From positions 58,236 through 122,235 of the forward strand of contig JBLNCF010000012.1 in the NCBI GenBank assembly GCA_050260455.1: DNA of 64,000 nt, given 5' to 3'. A program made the position numbers and the translations under genes. This DNA comes from Bacillota bacterium. GTDB lineage: Bacteria > Patescibacteriota > Minisyncoccia > Phycocordibacterales > Phycocordibacteraceae. Under the pieces are notes generated by a model that did not search any database, was not told the origin of the DNA, and saw only the letters and a list, made by a program, of their open reading frames with translations. Position 1 is the first letter of the stretch, and each line of letters begins with the position of its first letter. This document shows positions 50,628 through 61,573 of the stretch, piece by piece.

Positions 50628-51408
50628 GACGCTCGTCTGGAAGCACTATCATACTCATGGTCGCCACGATTTGCCGTGGCGAAAAACGCGCGATCCCTAT
50701 CGCATACTTGTTTCAGAGGTGATGCTCCAACAAACGCAGGTAGAGCGGGTGAAGCCTTTTTACGAGGCCTGGCTTAAGAGATTCCCAACTATCGCAGCGC
50801 TCGCAAAAGCTCCGCTCCGCGATGTGCTCACGGTATGGCAGGGGCTCGGTTATAACCGTCGTGCAAAGATGCTCCATGAGGCTGCAAAAGCACTGACTGC
50901 AGAGGGAAAGGTTCCGAAGACGGCAGAGGAACTACAGAAGCTCCCCGGCATCGGTCCGTACACTGCCCGAGCGGTTATAGCGTTTGCTCATAATGCAGAT
51001 ACGGTGTTCATCGAGACCAACATCCGTACAGCAGTCATGCATCACTTCTTTCCGCGGAAGAAGCAGGTAAGTGATAAGGAGATACTCTCCATACTTGAGA
51101 AGGCACATCCAACAGGGAAGAGTCGTGAATGGTATGCGGCACTCATGGACTATGGCGCGTATCTGAAACGAAATGGTGTGCGGTTGAATGCGAGAACTAA
51201 GGGTTACACGAAGCAGAAGACATTCTCGGGCTCAAGCCGTCAGGCGCGTGGGGCCATTCTCAAGGAGCTGGTGAAGGGTAGGAGTAGCAAAGCGCGACTC
51301 GTCGGTCTTTTTGGTGACGACCGGAAGTTGCAGCTCGAAGAGCAACTCGCCAAGCTCGTGGACGAAGGCATGGTGCAAAAACGCGGTATTTCCTACACTC
51401 TTCCATAG
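50608..51408 (+). CDS. mutY: A/G-specific adenine glycosylase, short form without the FeS motif
   Basis: R.LPWR, SEVMLQQTQV, W.GLGY.RRA, LPGIGPYTA and ALMDYGA. Confidence 0.88.
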   Translation: MTPQQFRTLVWKHYHTHGRHDLPWRKTRDPYRILVSEVMLQQTQVERVKPFYEAWLKRFPTIAALAKAPLRDVLTVWQGLGYNRRAKMLHEAAKALTAEGKVPKTAEELQKLPGIGPYTARAVIAFAHNADTVFIETNIRTAVMHHFFPRKKQVSDKEILSILEKAHPTGKSREWYAALMDYGAYLKRNGVRLNARTKGYTKQKTFSGSSRQARGAILKELVKGRSSKARLVGLFGDDRKLQLEEQLAKLVDEGMVQKRGISYTLP

Positions 51409-51440
51409 GTGAACCATAGTTCACCTCTTTGTGATATCAT
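51407..51440 (+). promoter_or_regulatory. Second SOS box plus extended -10 of the alkB-like gene
   Basis: AGGTGAAC-CATA-GTTCACCT (51407-51426); TGaTATCAT-N6-ATG. Confidence 0.8.
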
Positions 51441-51446
51441 GGCCCG

Positions 51447-51992
51447 ATGCGCGGCCGCATAGGAGACCAGTACCCACTGTTTGATGTTCCTGCATCGTTT
51501 CCAAACGGCTTCATATACCGTCCGAATTTCATTACGCCCGAAGAAGAAGCAGAACTACTGAAACATATCCGGGAACTCCCGCTTCGGAATGCACCCTTTA
51601 AGGAATACATCGCCAAGCGTCGAGTATACGGCTGGTGGGGAAATCGTAAGTTGCCCGAATGGCTTCTCCCGATAACCGCGAAGCTTGCCGAGTGGGAAGG
51701 GGTGCCACAGGACACATTCAAGAACGCGCTTGTTTCGGAGTACTCTCCCGGTACGGGAGTTGGGTGGCATCGTGATCAGCCACCGTATAAGAAGATATTT
51801 GGTCTGTCACTCGCTGGGTGGGCAACGTTCGAACTACGACCCAATAAAAACGCGAGCACGAAAGAACCTGTGTCGCTCACCGCCGAACCCCGTTCGGTCT
51901 ACGTCATGCAGGGCGAGAGTCGCGAGCGTTTCCAGCATCGGGTGAAGCCGACCAAGACGTTGCGGTATTCGATAACGTTTCGGACTATTTGA
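51447..51992 (+). CDS. AlkB-like 2OG-Fe(II) dioxygenase
   Basis: Y..G.G.GWHRD, RS.YVM.GESR...QH and RYSITFR. Confidence 0.85.
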   Translation: MRGRIGDQYPLFDVPASFPNGFIYRPNFITPEEEAELLKHIRELPLRNAPFKEYIAKRRVYGWWGNRKLPEWLLPITAKLAEWEGVPQDTFKNALVSEYSPGTGVGWHRDQPPYKKIFGLSLAGWATFELRPNKNASTKEPVSLTAEPRSVYVMQGESRERFQHRVKPTKTLRYSITFRTI

Positions 51993-53148
51993 TGTCCTTG
52001 ATTGCAAGACCGCTTGCAACACCGACGATACCAATGAGCATGCCGGTGACGATAAAGAGTGCGCCGTAGCTCGATATAGAAAGCAGAATGCTGCAGACAA
52101 CTGGTGCGGTAAGTGCCGCCATGGGGCGTGTCATACGGAACAGACTCACCGTCGCCGCGTCATTCTCTGAAACGCGTCGGAAGAAATGACCTTCGGACAT
52201 TGCTTCGACGAGTGCTGCGCCCGCGCGGTTCATGACGAGAAGGATAAGGATAACCAGTACGGTAGTATCGGCAGTGACCATCGCGAGCGCAGCGAAAGCG
52301 GTGGCCATGAGTACAAAGCCCGCAAGAAGAAGTTCTTGATCGCCCCATTTACGATCTGCTAACCAACCGGCAGGGTATTCCAAGAGCACAAAGGGGAAGA
52401 GCATGACTGCGAACATCCATCCGAGGTTTTGCCACGGCATACCGAGCACATGATGAAGGTAGAGCGGAATATAGAGCGGCGCCACATGATAGAAGAACTG
52501 GAGCGTACCGTGTGCAATGACAATGGCCCGTAGATCCTTGTCGCGAAGCAAACAGACATACGCCTCCATCACCGTAACGAAATTGGGAGTGCGGCCTTCC
52601 GGAAGACGTCGCACTAGCATGAGGCCGATAAATGGAACGAGACTCACTGCTGCAAGTGCATAGACGCGCCAATAGGCCTCACCAGAATCAAGAAGCATGC
52701 CGGCGATAAGAGGGGAAGCCACAAGGGCGATATTGCCCGCTGTGAGGAACATGGTGCGGATACGCCCCGTGGTGCCTTCTTTGGCGATCGTTGCTTCAAG
52801 CAAGAGATCGAGTTGGTAGACGAGGAGAGGACTCGTCGCGCAGGCGACCGCGACCATAAGCACGGCCGGGATAGGGGTGGGTTCGACTGCGAGCCAGGCA
52901 AGCGCGAATGCCTCTATCGAGCCAAAGAATACCGCGAGACGGCGCGGTCCATACCGACGTACGAGATGCGGCATGAAAGGGAACACTGAAAGGGTCATGA
53001 TGGCACCGAGTGATACCACGAGACCGGTTGCCGAATCTGGCATGAACGTCGCCAGGTACGGCGTAATGAGGTAGATGATGAGATAGAAATGCGCGACGGC
53101 GAAGAAGTTGCCGAAGGTAAGTATGGAGCGTGGCGACATGTCGAACAT
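51985..53148 (-). CDS. MFS transporter
   Basis: About 12 TM helices; RRYGPRR and GWLADRKWG loops. The track's upstream extension is judged spurious. Confidence 0.85.
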   Translation of the reverse strand: MFDMSPRSILTFGNFFAVAHFYLIIYLITPYLATFMPDSATGLVVSLGAIMTLSVFPFMPHLVRRYGPRRLAVFFGSIEAFALAWLAVEPTPIPAVLMVAVACATSPLLVYQLDLLLEATIAKEGTTGRIRTMFLTAGNIALVASPLIAGMLLDSGEAYWRVYALAAVSLVPFIGLMLVRRLPEGRTPNFVTVMEAYVCLLRDKDLRAIVIAHGTLQFFYHVAPLYIPLYLHHVLGMPWQNLGWMFAVMLFPFVLLEYPAGWLADRKWGDQELLLAGFVLMATAFAALAMVTADTTVLVILILLVMNRAGAALVEAMSEGHFFRRVSENDAATVSLFRMTRPMAALTAPVVCSILLSISSYGALFIVTGMLIGIVGVASGLAIKDIK

Positions 53149-53256
53149 AATTTTAGCATCCGGTGCTGGTGCTTCGATCACACATTTCTCCCCGGTTTGT
53201 GATGAGTAGCGTCCTGCGGTATAACGCACAGAGGAGAATCTTTCGGGGAGAGGGCT

Positions 53257-53640
53257 ATGAGCCTTAAGGAAGCGACGCAAGACGTGTCCAGTAAAGCTTT
53301 GCAACCGCCGTGCCGGAAAACCGGACAGCATCACATCATCAAGTTCTATGGCATCGGCTGGTGCACTTGGTGTGGCACGACCGTTGCCGAGGGCGATACC
53401 GTATCGGCCGAAGGGGCCGTACGAGCATGCACGAAGGCGGGCGGCGGAAAACACGAATTCCGCGAACTGCACCGGGAACAAGCATCCGCGAACGTGGATG
53501 CAGTCGTGCACTGGTGCGTGCGCTGCGGCGGCTTCGTCGTAGATCGTGAATCCGATAACCGGGTGCTACCCGGCCCTCTCCTTGCCATGCGGTGGCCGGA
53601 ATTCCGGCTTAGTAATGGAACGTGGAGGAAGGCTGCCTGA
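53257..53640 (+). CDS. Hypothetical protein with two C-x-H...WCxxCG Zn-finger-like units (SD-led cassette)
   Basis: TATAAC -10; SD GAGGG; C..HH..WCTWCG and C..H..WCVRCG. Confidence 0.6.
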   Translation: MSLKEATQDVSSKALQPPCRKTGQHHIIKFYGIGWCTWCGTTVAEGDTVSAEGAVRACTKAGGGKHEFRELHREQASANVDAVVHWCVRCGGFVVDRESDNRVLPGPLLAMRWPEFRLSNGTWRKAA

Positions 53641-53659
53641 GATCGGGCGCCATCACCTA

Positions 53660-53702
53660 AAAGAATCGCCCCCGGCCGTTGGTCGAGGGCGATTTCTCTT
53701 TG
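53660..53702. terminator. Bidirectional terminator
   Basis: AAAGAATCGCCC...GGGCGATTTCTCTTT between convergent genes. Confidence 0.7.
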
Positions 53703-53720
53703 TGTTGGTGATCTGCGTAG

Positions 53721-55637
53721 CTAGACGCCGATCAGGACCGGGATGACCATCGGCGCCTTGTTGGTGCGCGCGAAGAGGTAACCGGCCATAGTGTCAGACA
53801 ACGTGTTCTTCACGTAATCGAGATCCACCGGGTTCATACCCTTGGTGGAATCCTCGACCGTCTTCTTGATGAGAAGGCGGGCCTGGTTCAAGAGATCCTG
53901 GCTCTCGCGCAGATACACGAAGCCGCGGGAAATGATGTCCGGGGACTTGCGGAGCTTGCCGGTCTTCAGGTTCACCGTCGCGATGATGACGAACATACCG
54001 TCCTTGGCGAGCATCTGGCGGTCGCGAATGACCACCTCCTGCATGTCACCGATAGAGAAGCCGTCCACAAGAAGCGGCGCGCTCGGCACCTTCTCCTTAT
54101 GGATGTTGAGCTTCTCGCCACCTTCGATGTCGATCACCATGCCGTTCTCGGCGAGGATGATGGTGTCGCGTGGGCGTCCAGCCTGTTCCACCGCCTTCGC
54201 ATGGCACGAGGTCATGGAGTAGTAGCCGTAGGCGGGCATGAAGAACTTAGCGTTCACCTTCTGGTTGATCCAGACGAGCTCACCGGCGCGGGCATGGCCG
54301 CCCGAGTGCACATCGGAAGAACGGTAGTGGATGAGGGTCACCTTGTTGTGGTAGAGGTTGTCCTTCAGTTTCTGGACCGAAAGTTCGTTACCCGGAATGA
54401 CGGAAGACGAGAGGACCACGGTATCGCGCTCGCTAAGCGTGATGTTTTTGTGCTGTTTCGTTGCGATGCGCATGAGCGCTGCGAATTCTTCGCCCTGGGC
54501 ACCGGTAGCGAGCACCACGATCTTGTCGGGAGCGTAGTCGCCAATTTCCTGGGCGCTAATAATAGTGCCTTTCTTGAGTTCAACGAGACCGAGCTTCTGC
54601 GCAATCTCGAGGTTCGTCTTGATCGAACGACCTTCCATGACAATCTTCTTGCCGTACTTCTCGGCGATCTCGATGATCTTCACCATACGCTCGAACTGCG
54701 AGGCGAAGGTGCCGATGATCACACGACCCTTCACGGTCTTGATGATTTCCTCGAGGGTGTCGTGCACCTTCTTGTCGGGAATGGAGAAGCCTTCGATTTC
54801 CGCGTTGGTAGAGTCACCGATGAAGAGGAGATTCTTCTCTGCTCCGATGGCGCTCCATTTCTTCACTTCGTCGTCTGCCGGAACACCGTTCTCATGCTCA
54901 AGCTTCAAGTCGCCGGTCACGATGACATTGCCATACGGAGTCTCTACCTTGATACCCATGGAGTCGGGGATGGAGTGGGTCACGGGGAAGAAGTGCACCT
55001 TCGTGCTGCCGATGGTCACTGTCTGGTCATCCTCAACGACGATCAGGTTCGGCTTCGGCATGTCCGGATATTCCTCCTGACGCTTCTGAATCATAGTCGC
55101 CGAGAGCTGCATGGTGTAGATCGGGGGATTGCCGAAGCGGTTCATCAAGAAGGGAATGCCGCCGATGTGATCCAAGTGACCGTGGGTGATGAACACCGCG
55201 CGGATACGGTCCTGGTTCTTCTCGAGATACTTCGTATTCGGAAGGACGTAGTCGACGCCGGGGGAATCATCCTCGGAGACGAACTGGAAGCCGACATCGA
55301 AGATAAAGATGTCGTTGTTCGTTTCGATGGTGAACATGTTGCGTCCCACTTCTTCGACGCCTCCCAAGGGAACGACGCGGACTACTTCCTTGCTCGGAGC
55401 GTCCGGAAGGTAGTCGGCACCTTTCTTTGCGGGTGCACCGCCAGAAGGTCCCATGGGGCGACGAAGCTGTCGGCGAATCGAACGCGAGGCTCCGCCTGCG
55501 CGTCCTTTTCCACCACGAGGAGAACGACCGCCGCGGAATTCACGACCGCCGCGTTCACCGCGTGCTGCTGGTTTCTCGCCTGCCTGCCCGGCGTTCTTTG
55601 GAGATGGTGCCGGAGCGGGTGCTGGTGCTGTACTCAT
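53721..55637 (-). CDS. rnj: Ribonuclease J with a low-complexity N-terminal extension
   Basis: PLGG..EVGRNM, THGHLDHIG, HSIPD, GAQGE and HSGGH. Confidence 0.95.
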   Translation of the reverse strand: MSTAPAPAPAPSPKNAGQAGEKPAARGERGGREFRGGRSPRGGKGRAGGASRSIRRQLRRPMGPSGGAPAKKGADYLPDAPSKEVVRVVPLGGVEEVGRNMFTIETNNDIFIFDVGFQFVSEDDSPGVDYVLPNTKYLEKNQDRIRAVFITHGHLDHIGGIPFLMNRFGNPPIYTMQLSATMIQKRQEEYPDMPKPNLIVVEDDQTVTIGSTKVHFFPVTHSIPDSMGIKVETPYGNVIVTGDLKLEHENGVPADDEVKKWSAIGAEKNLLFIGDSTNAEIEGFSIPDKKVHDTLEEIIKTVKGRVIIGTFASQFERMVKIIEIAEKYGKKIVMEGRSIKTNLEIAQKLGLVELKKGTIISAQEIGDYAPDKIVVLATGAQGEEFAALMRIATKQHKNITLSERDTVVLSSSVIPGNELSVQKLKDNLYHNKVTLIHYRSSDVHSGGHARAGELVWINQKVNAKFFMPAYGYYSMTSCHAKAVEQAGRPRDTIILAENGMVIDIEGGEKLNIHKEKVPSAPLLVDGFSIGDMQEVVIRDRQMLAKDGMFVIIATVNLKTGKLRKSPDIISRGFVYLRESQDLLNQARLLIKKTVEDSTKGMNPVDLDYVKNTLSDTMAGYLFARTNKAPMVIPVLIGV

Positions 55638-55726
55638 AATGATTACTGATTAGAGATTAATTAATCGTTTCTAGTAGAGTCACTAGTCTTCGGACAGAAC
55701 TGATTCCGTACAAAAACCAATAACCC

Positions 55727-57454
55727 TTAGGGAAGACTCCTCGGTGCGAAGAACGGCCAGACCCACTCGGTGCGCATGTGCCACGTGGACACCGTTGCAA
55801 AGCGATCCGACGGAGCGGTGATCTGCGGCAGTACGACACCCTGCATTGATTGCGGGAGTGCGTAGATGAATTCAGGCGCATGCGTGAACGCGGCCGGGTA
55901 GTCTGCGGCGATGAGATCGCTCGCTTTCTGTAGATCTGTTGTGCGTGCCGCAGGATCGCTCTCCTGGCGTGCTTTCTCAAGCAACTGATCCACACTCTTG
56001 TTGGTGTAGAGCGCAATGTTGAGACCTGGATCGTTCTTCTGCGAGGAATCCCAGAAAGCAAAGAGGTCCTGATCGTGTCCGATCACCATGCCGAAGTAGA
56101 GCGCGGCGTAGTTGCGGGGACGAATCACTGAAGTGGCGAGTGCGCTCGGATCGGAGAACTCAAGGGAGGTCTCAACCCCGAGTGCTTCCCAGTCAGTCTC
56201 GACCGAACTTGCGAGCGTTTTCAGCTCCGGAACGTTCGACGTCGTGATGACGATAGGGTCGAGGGTGAGCGAGAGTTTCGCGTTCTTCCAGGTGCCGGCT
56301 TCTTCGTCAAAGGTCCATCCCGCATCCGTAAGCACCTTTCGTGCGGCGGCGAGACGATCATCGTACTCGAGTACTGGCGATTTGATGCCGCTACCAGGCG
56401 GAACAGGACCCATAAGCGGCGTAGCGTATCCACCAAGGACATTGTTCACGATATGGTCGCGGTCAATCGCGATGGAAAGAGCTTTGCGGACGGCAAGCTG
56501 CGAGAGTGCCTTGTTCTGTGATTGATTGAAGAACACTCCAAACACACGCGAGTACGGAGCAGTGAGCGCGCCCTTCGCGGGAATGCCATACGCGCTGTCC
56601 ACCGTGCCGTGCTTGTAGGCGCTTGAGAGCTCGTCGGTCGTGTCGTAGAAGCGTAGGCGGATGGCATCTAGATACGGCCGACCGAGTGCGTACGAACGAT
56701 TCGCAACCAGATCGTAACCGGTGATGATGCCGTTGCGGTCCCGGATTACACGCGAGACCTTGAACGGTCCATCTCCTACTGGAACCACCATGCGTTTATC
56801 GAACGGGAACTGCTCATCGGGAACATTCTTCCAAAGACGCGAGGGCAGGATGCCGAGTGTGGTGTCCTCAAGGAACGCTGCATATGCTTTCGGAAGCGTG
56901 AACCGTACCGTTTGCGCGTCCAATGCCTCGACTCGGATATTTGCCCAGTTGGCGAGTTCCGGAGACTTAAGTGCAGGATCCTGCGCCTTGGTAACCGTGA
57001 ATACCACGTCATCTGCGGTGATAGGGGAACCGTCCGTAAACTTGAGCCCCTTACGCAACGTGAACGTATACGTCTTGCCATCGGGCGATATCTCGTAGCT
57101 CTCTGCAAGCACGGGACGAAGACCATCGGGACCTGTACCCATAAGGCCTGCATAGGTCAGGGTAGTGAGGTCGCGATCAGCATCCGTGAGTGCCAGAAGC
57201 GGATTCACGAAACGTGGCGTTCCGACGATGCCTTCCGTAATGGAACCGCCATACGTAGGTACCTCGACGAGCATGGTACGTTCGAGGGCAACCAGGCCCG
57301 AGAAACACGACAGGGCGAAAATGAGTGCGAGCGTGCCCGCAATCAGTTTGTCTCCGGCTGGCATTGCGCCAACCATGTTCGACACCCGGTCAAAAAGTCC
57401 GATGCGCCTATGGCGCGTCAGGGTGTCGAGCATGCCGGAGGACCGACCCGCCAT
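55727..57454 (-). CDS. Family 5 (peptide) ABC substrate-binding protein, membrane-anchored
   Basis: LAESYEIS.DGKTYTF.LR...F.DG.PITADDV.FT, G.GPF and VRKALS.AIDR. Confidence 0.88.
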   Translation of the reverse strand: MAGRSSGMLDTLTRHRRIGLFDRVSNMVGAMPAGDKLIAGTLALIFALSCFSGLVALERTMLVEVPTYGGSITEGIVGTPRFVNPLLALTDADRDLTTLTYAGLMGTGPDGLRPVLAESYEISPDGKTYTFTLRKGLKFTDGSPITADDVVFTVTKAQDPALKSPELANWANIRVEALDAQTVRFTLPKAYAAFLEDTTLGILPSRLWKNVPDEQFPFDKRMVVPVGDGPFKVSRVIRDRNGIITGYDLVANRSYALGRPYLDAIRLRFYDTTDELSSAYKHGTVDSAYGIPAKGALTAPYSRVFGVFFNQSQNKALSQLAVRKALSIAIDRDHIVNNVLGGYATPLMGPVPPGSGIKSPVLEYDDRLAAARKVLTDAGWTFDEEAGTWKNAKLSLTLDPIVITTSNVPELKTLASSVETDWEALGVETSLEFSDPSALATSVIRPRNYAALYFGMVIGHDQDLFAFWDSSQKNDPGLNIALYTNKSVDQLLEKARQESDPAARTTDLQKASDLIAADYPAAFTHAPEFIYALPQSMQGVVLPQITAPSDRFATVSTWHMRTEWVWPFFAPRSLP

Positions 57455-57461
57455 GAACCTA

Positions 57462-57692
57462 TCAGATGAGGAACCCGAGGACCGCTGCTGCCACGAACAA
57501 GACCGCGATGACTATAGTTGCGTTGAAAAGAAATTTCTCCGCGCCGCGGCGCTTATAGAATGTCGATGCGAAATTATCGCCTCCAAAGGCTCCTCCGAGA
57601 TTGGCGCCTCGCTGCTGAAGCACGACGCCGAGGATAAGGAGAAGGGAGAGGGTGAGTTCCGCGTATGGCAGTATCGCCTTGAGTAGCTCCAT
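57462..57692 (-). CDS. secG: Preprotein translocase subunit SecG
   Basis: VLLQ..G..LGGAFGG...RRG.EKFL...T pattern. Confidence 0.88.
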   Translation of the reverse strand: MELLKAILPYAELTLSLLLILGVVLQQRGANLGGAFGGDNFASTFYKRRGAEKFLFNATIVIAVLFVAAAVLGFLI

Positions 57693-57783
57693 CTGTGCCT
57701 GAAAGCCTACCATAGGGGCATACGAGAGACAAGAACAACAAATCCCCGGTTACCCGGGGATTGTCCTGGAGAGAGGAAAGTTC

Positions 57784-58176
57784 TTATCGCTCGGGCATTT
57801 CTATGGTTACCGCATGCTTGCCCAGATCGAGCGTGACGGGTTCGGGAGTATCGATGCTGATCTCCTGAGCCTTTGTGGGCGCCTCGATGGTTACGGGTGG
57901 GGGAGCGTCAGTCGATTTCTTTCCAGCTGTAGGATGCTCACCGTGGATCGTATCGGTAGCTTCTGCTGGGTTGCTGTGCGCTTTTTGTGGAATACCATCG
58001 GCATCAAATGCTCCTGCTGCGCCGAGTGCTGCCACACCGGCGGCAGCACCAATTCCTACGCCCATAGCGATTCGATCCTTAGTCTTCCTTTCGCGTTCCT
58101 CCCGCTCCATCCTTTCTTCGATGGTTTCCTCGGGAGCCTTGTTCTGCTTTGGTTTAAAGAATTTATCGAGACCCAT
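57784..58176 (-). CDS. Hypothetical single-TM protein
   Basis: Charged N-terminus, Gly/Ala TM helix and Pro/Thr tail; hairpin below at about 57738-57765. Confidence 0.6.
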   Translation of the reverse strand: MGLDKFFKPKQNKAPEETIEERMEREERERKTKDRIAMGVGIGAAAGVAALGAAGAFDADGIPQKAHSNPAEATDTIHGEHPTAGKKSTDAPPPVTIEAPTKAQEISIDTPEPVTLDLGKHAVTIEMPER

Positions 58177-58324
58177 ATATAGTGACTAGTGGTATGTCTT
58201 AATCGTAGCCGGTAGAAACACGCTCGTGCCGGCTGTGTGGGGATAAAAGAAGACCCCCGGGAACGCTTGTGGCGAACCCGGGGGCACAGTGCGGCGTCCT
58301 TATTCTGCGTGGGTCACAGAGGGG

Positions 58325-58750
58325 CTAGGACGCCGTGAGCAGTCGCGGTATGCGGACGTTGCCGAAGACCAGCATTGCGCCGGTGACCGCCATGAAGCCG
58401 ATCGTGATGGCCGCGTAGAGCTGGATGAAGCCCGACACGTCACCGGCCGAAGCTGCGAGCATCAGAGCGCCGAACAGGAGTCCTGCGAAGGCAGCGATGA
58501 ACAGCAGCGAGTCCAGGGCGTCGTAGAGGATCTCCTTGCGGGCGAAGTAGGCGATGACGCCGTTTGCGAGCCCTGCGAACAGGGTAACGACTCCGAGGGT
58601 AGCGGCGTGTTGGCCGATGTCACCGGAATCCGTGAGCGCGTTCCAGCGGAAGATGCAGCCGATGGCTGCCGCCAGGAACGCCGCACCGAGCAGGAGCCCG
58701 ATCACGACGATGAACGCGCGACGACGCGAAGAAAGCGAAGAAAAGGGCAT
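58325..58750 (-). CDS. Hypothetical 4-TM protein (SD-led cassette)
   Basis: TTGACA-N17-AATACT promoter; SD GGGAG; terminator at about 58245-58285. Confidence 0.65.
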   Translation of the reverse strand: MPFSSLSSRRRAFIVVIGLLLGAAFLAAAIGCIFRWNALTDSGDIGQHAATLGVVTLFAGLANGVIAYFARKEILYDALDSLLFIAAFAGLLFGALMLAASAGDVSGFIQLYAAITIGFMAVTGAMLVFGNVRIPRLLTAS

Positions 58751-58853
58751 GGTTTATCTCCCAGTTGCCAATACAAGATTAACCGAAGCGAACTACAGTA
58801 TTGCACATAGGCTACATATTGTCAAGTACTTTAAGAACAGCTTGCTGCCCGGA

Positions 58854-58882
58854 TTGACGCTGAAAATCGGCATTCATATACT
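58854..58882 (+). promoter_or_regulatory. groESL sigma70 promoter
   Basis: TTGACG-N17-TATACT; no CIRCE seen. Confidence 0.65.
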
Positions 58883-58968
58883 GGGGATAACCGGCGCGGC
58901 CCCGCTGCGCCGAATTCGGGTCAGTTTTATTAAGGTGTATTAACCGCATCGAGCGAATTTATTTCCCT

Positions 58969-60914
<1,946 letters not shown>

Positions 60915-60929
60915 CCGACAGGTAAACGA

Positions 60930-60958
60930 ACGGGCCCCGCTTGTGGCGGGGCTTTTTC
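60930..60958. terminator. Terminator after groEL (probably bidirectional)
   Basis: GGCCCCGC-ttgtg-GCGGGGCT followed by TTTT. Confidence 0.75.
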
Positions 60959-60959
60959 G

Positions 60960-61088
60960 TTAGTTCATCTCCTTGTCGTAGGTTCCGGAGAACCAAAGGC
61001 CAACAAAACCGGCCGCAGCGACCACGATAACCACAGTAAAGGCAACGCAGGCTGCAGCAATTGGGTGTGCTTGTATCCAGGCTTCCAT
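60960..61088 (-). CDS. 42-aa single-TM 'WIxxH' micropeptide
   Basis: SD GGAGGG-aacaccac-ATG; MEAWIQAHPIAAACVAFTVVIVVAAAGFVGLWFSGTYDKEMN. Confidence 0.65.
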   Translation of the reverse strand: MEAWIQAHPIAAACVAFTVVIVVAAAGFVGLWFSGTYDKEMN

Positions 61089-61103
61089 GTGGTGTTCCCT
61101 CCA

Positions 61104-61256
61104 TCAGAAATCGCCTTGGGCCATTTCCTCCTCTTCTTGGTAGAGTGCAGCTTCGCGTTTGAGTGCGGCGCCGAGCAGAGTAGCGCACGCAGCAACAAGA
61201 GCAATCGTTGGTCCGGCCCATTGATGGACCGAGATCCATATAAAGAGTCTTTCCAT
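61104..61256 (-). CDS. 50-aa single-TM 'WIxxH' micropeptide
   Basis: SD AGGAGGTG; MERLFIWISVHQWAGPTIALVAACATLLGAALKREAALYQEEEEMAQGDF. Confidence 0.65.
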   Translation of the reverse strand: MERLFIWISVHQWAGPTIALVAACATLLGAALKREAALYQEEEEMAQGDF

Positions 61257-61345
61257 AACTCACCTCCTGTGGGGAACCATAGCGCAGGGGAGATGCACTC
61301 GCAATGTCGGAAAGCCGTAGTCGAGGACTACGGCTTTCTCTCTGG

Positions 61346-61468
61346 CTAGGGTGCGTCCGTCGTGGAGTAGAAGGACCGCCACAGTTCAAACGGAAGGGTG
61401 TAGCACGAGAGCCAGAAGCTGGTCACCATCTTGGGAGAAGGTGGCGGCAACAGGAGCCAAGTGAACAT
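61346..61468 (-). CDS. 40-aa aromatic/Pro-rich micropeptide
   Basis: SD AGGAGGTG; MFTWLLLPPPSPKMVTSFWLSCYTLPFELWRSFYSTTDAP; hairpin at 61310-61338 downstream. Confidence 0.5.
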   Translation of the reverse strand: MFTWLLLPPPSPKMVTSFWLSCYTLPFELWRSFYSTTDAP

Positions 61469-61573
61469 GGAGCACCTCCTGCATCTAGTATGACGCGCTG
61501 AAGCAGGTGAATTGAGAGGTGAGGGGATAAGGCAAGGGCTCTGCGGCATTATGTCCGCAGAGCCCGTGCGCCG

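Noticed and set aside
53149-53511. N-terminal extension of the MFS ORF in the track (508 aa)
   Set aside because: It is hydrophilic and overlaps the plus-strand 53257-53640 gene and its promoter. The real start is 53139 or 53148.
54099-55649. Long antisense ORFs (516 aa opposite rnj; also opposite pyrG, groEL, typA, the helicase and 4427-5362)
   Set aside because: These are shadow frames caused by codon bias in well-supported genes on the other strand, with no recognisable motifs.
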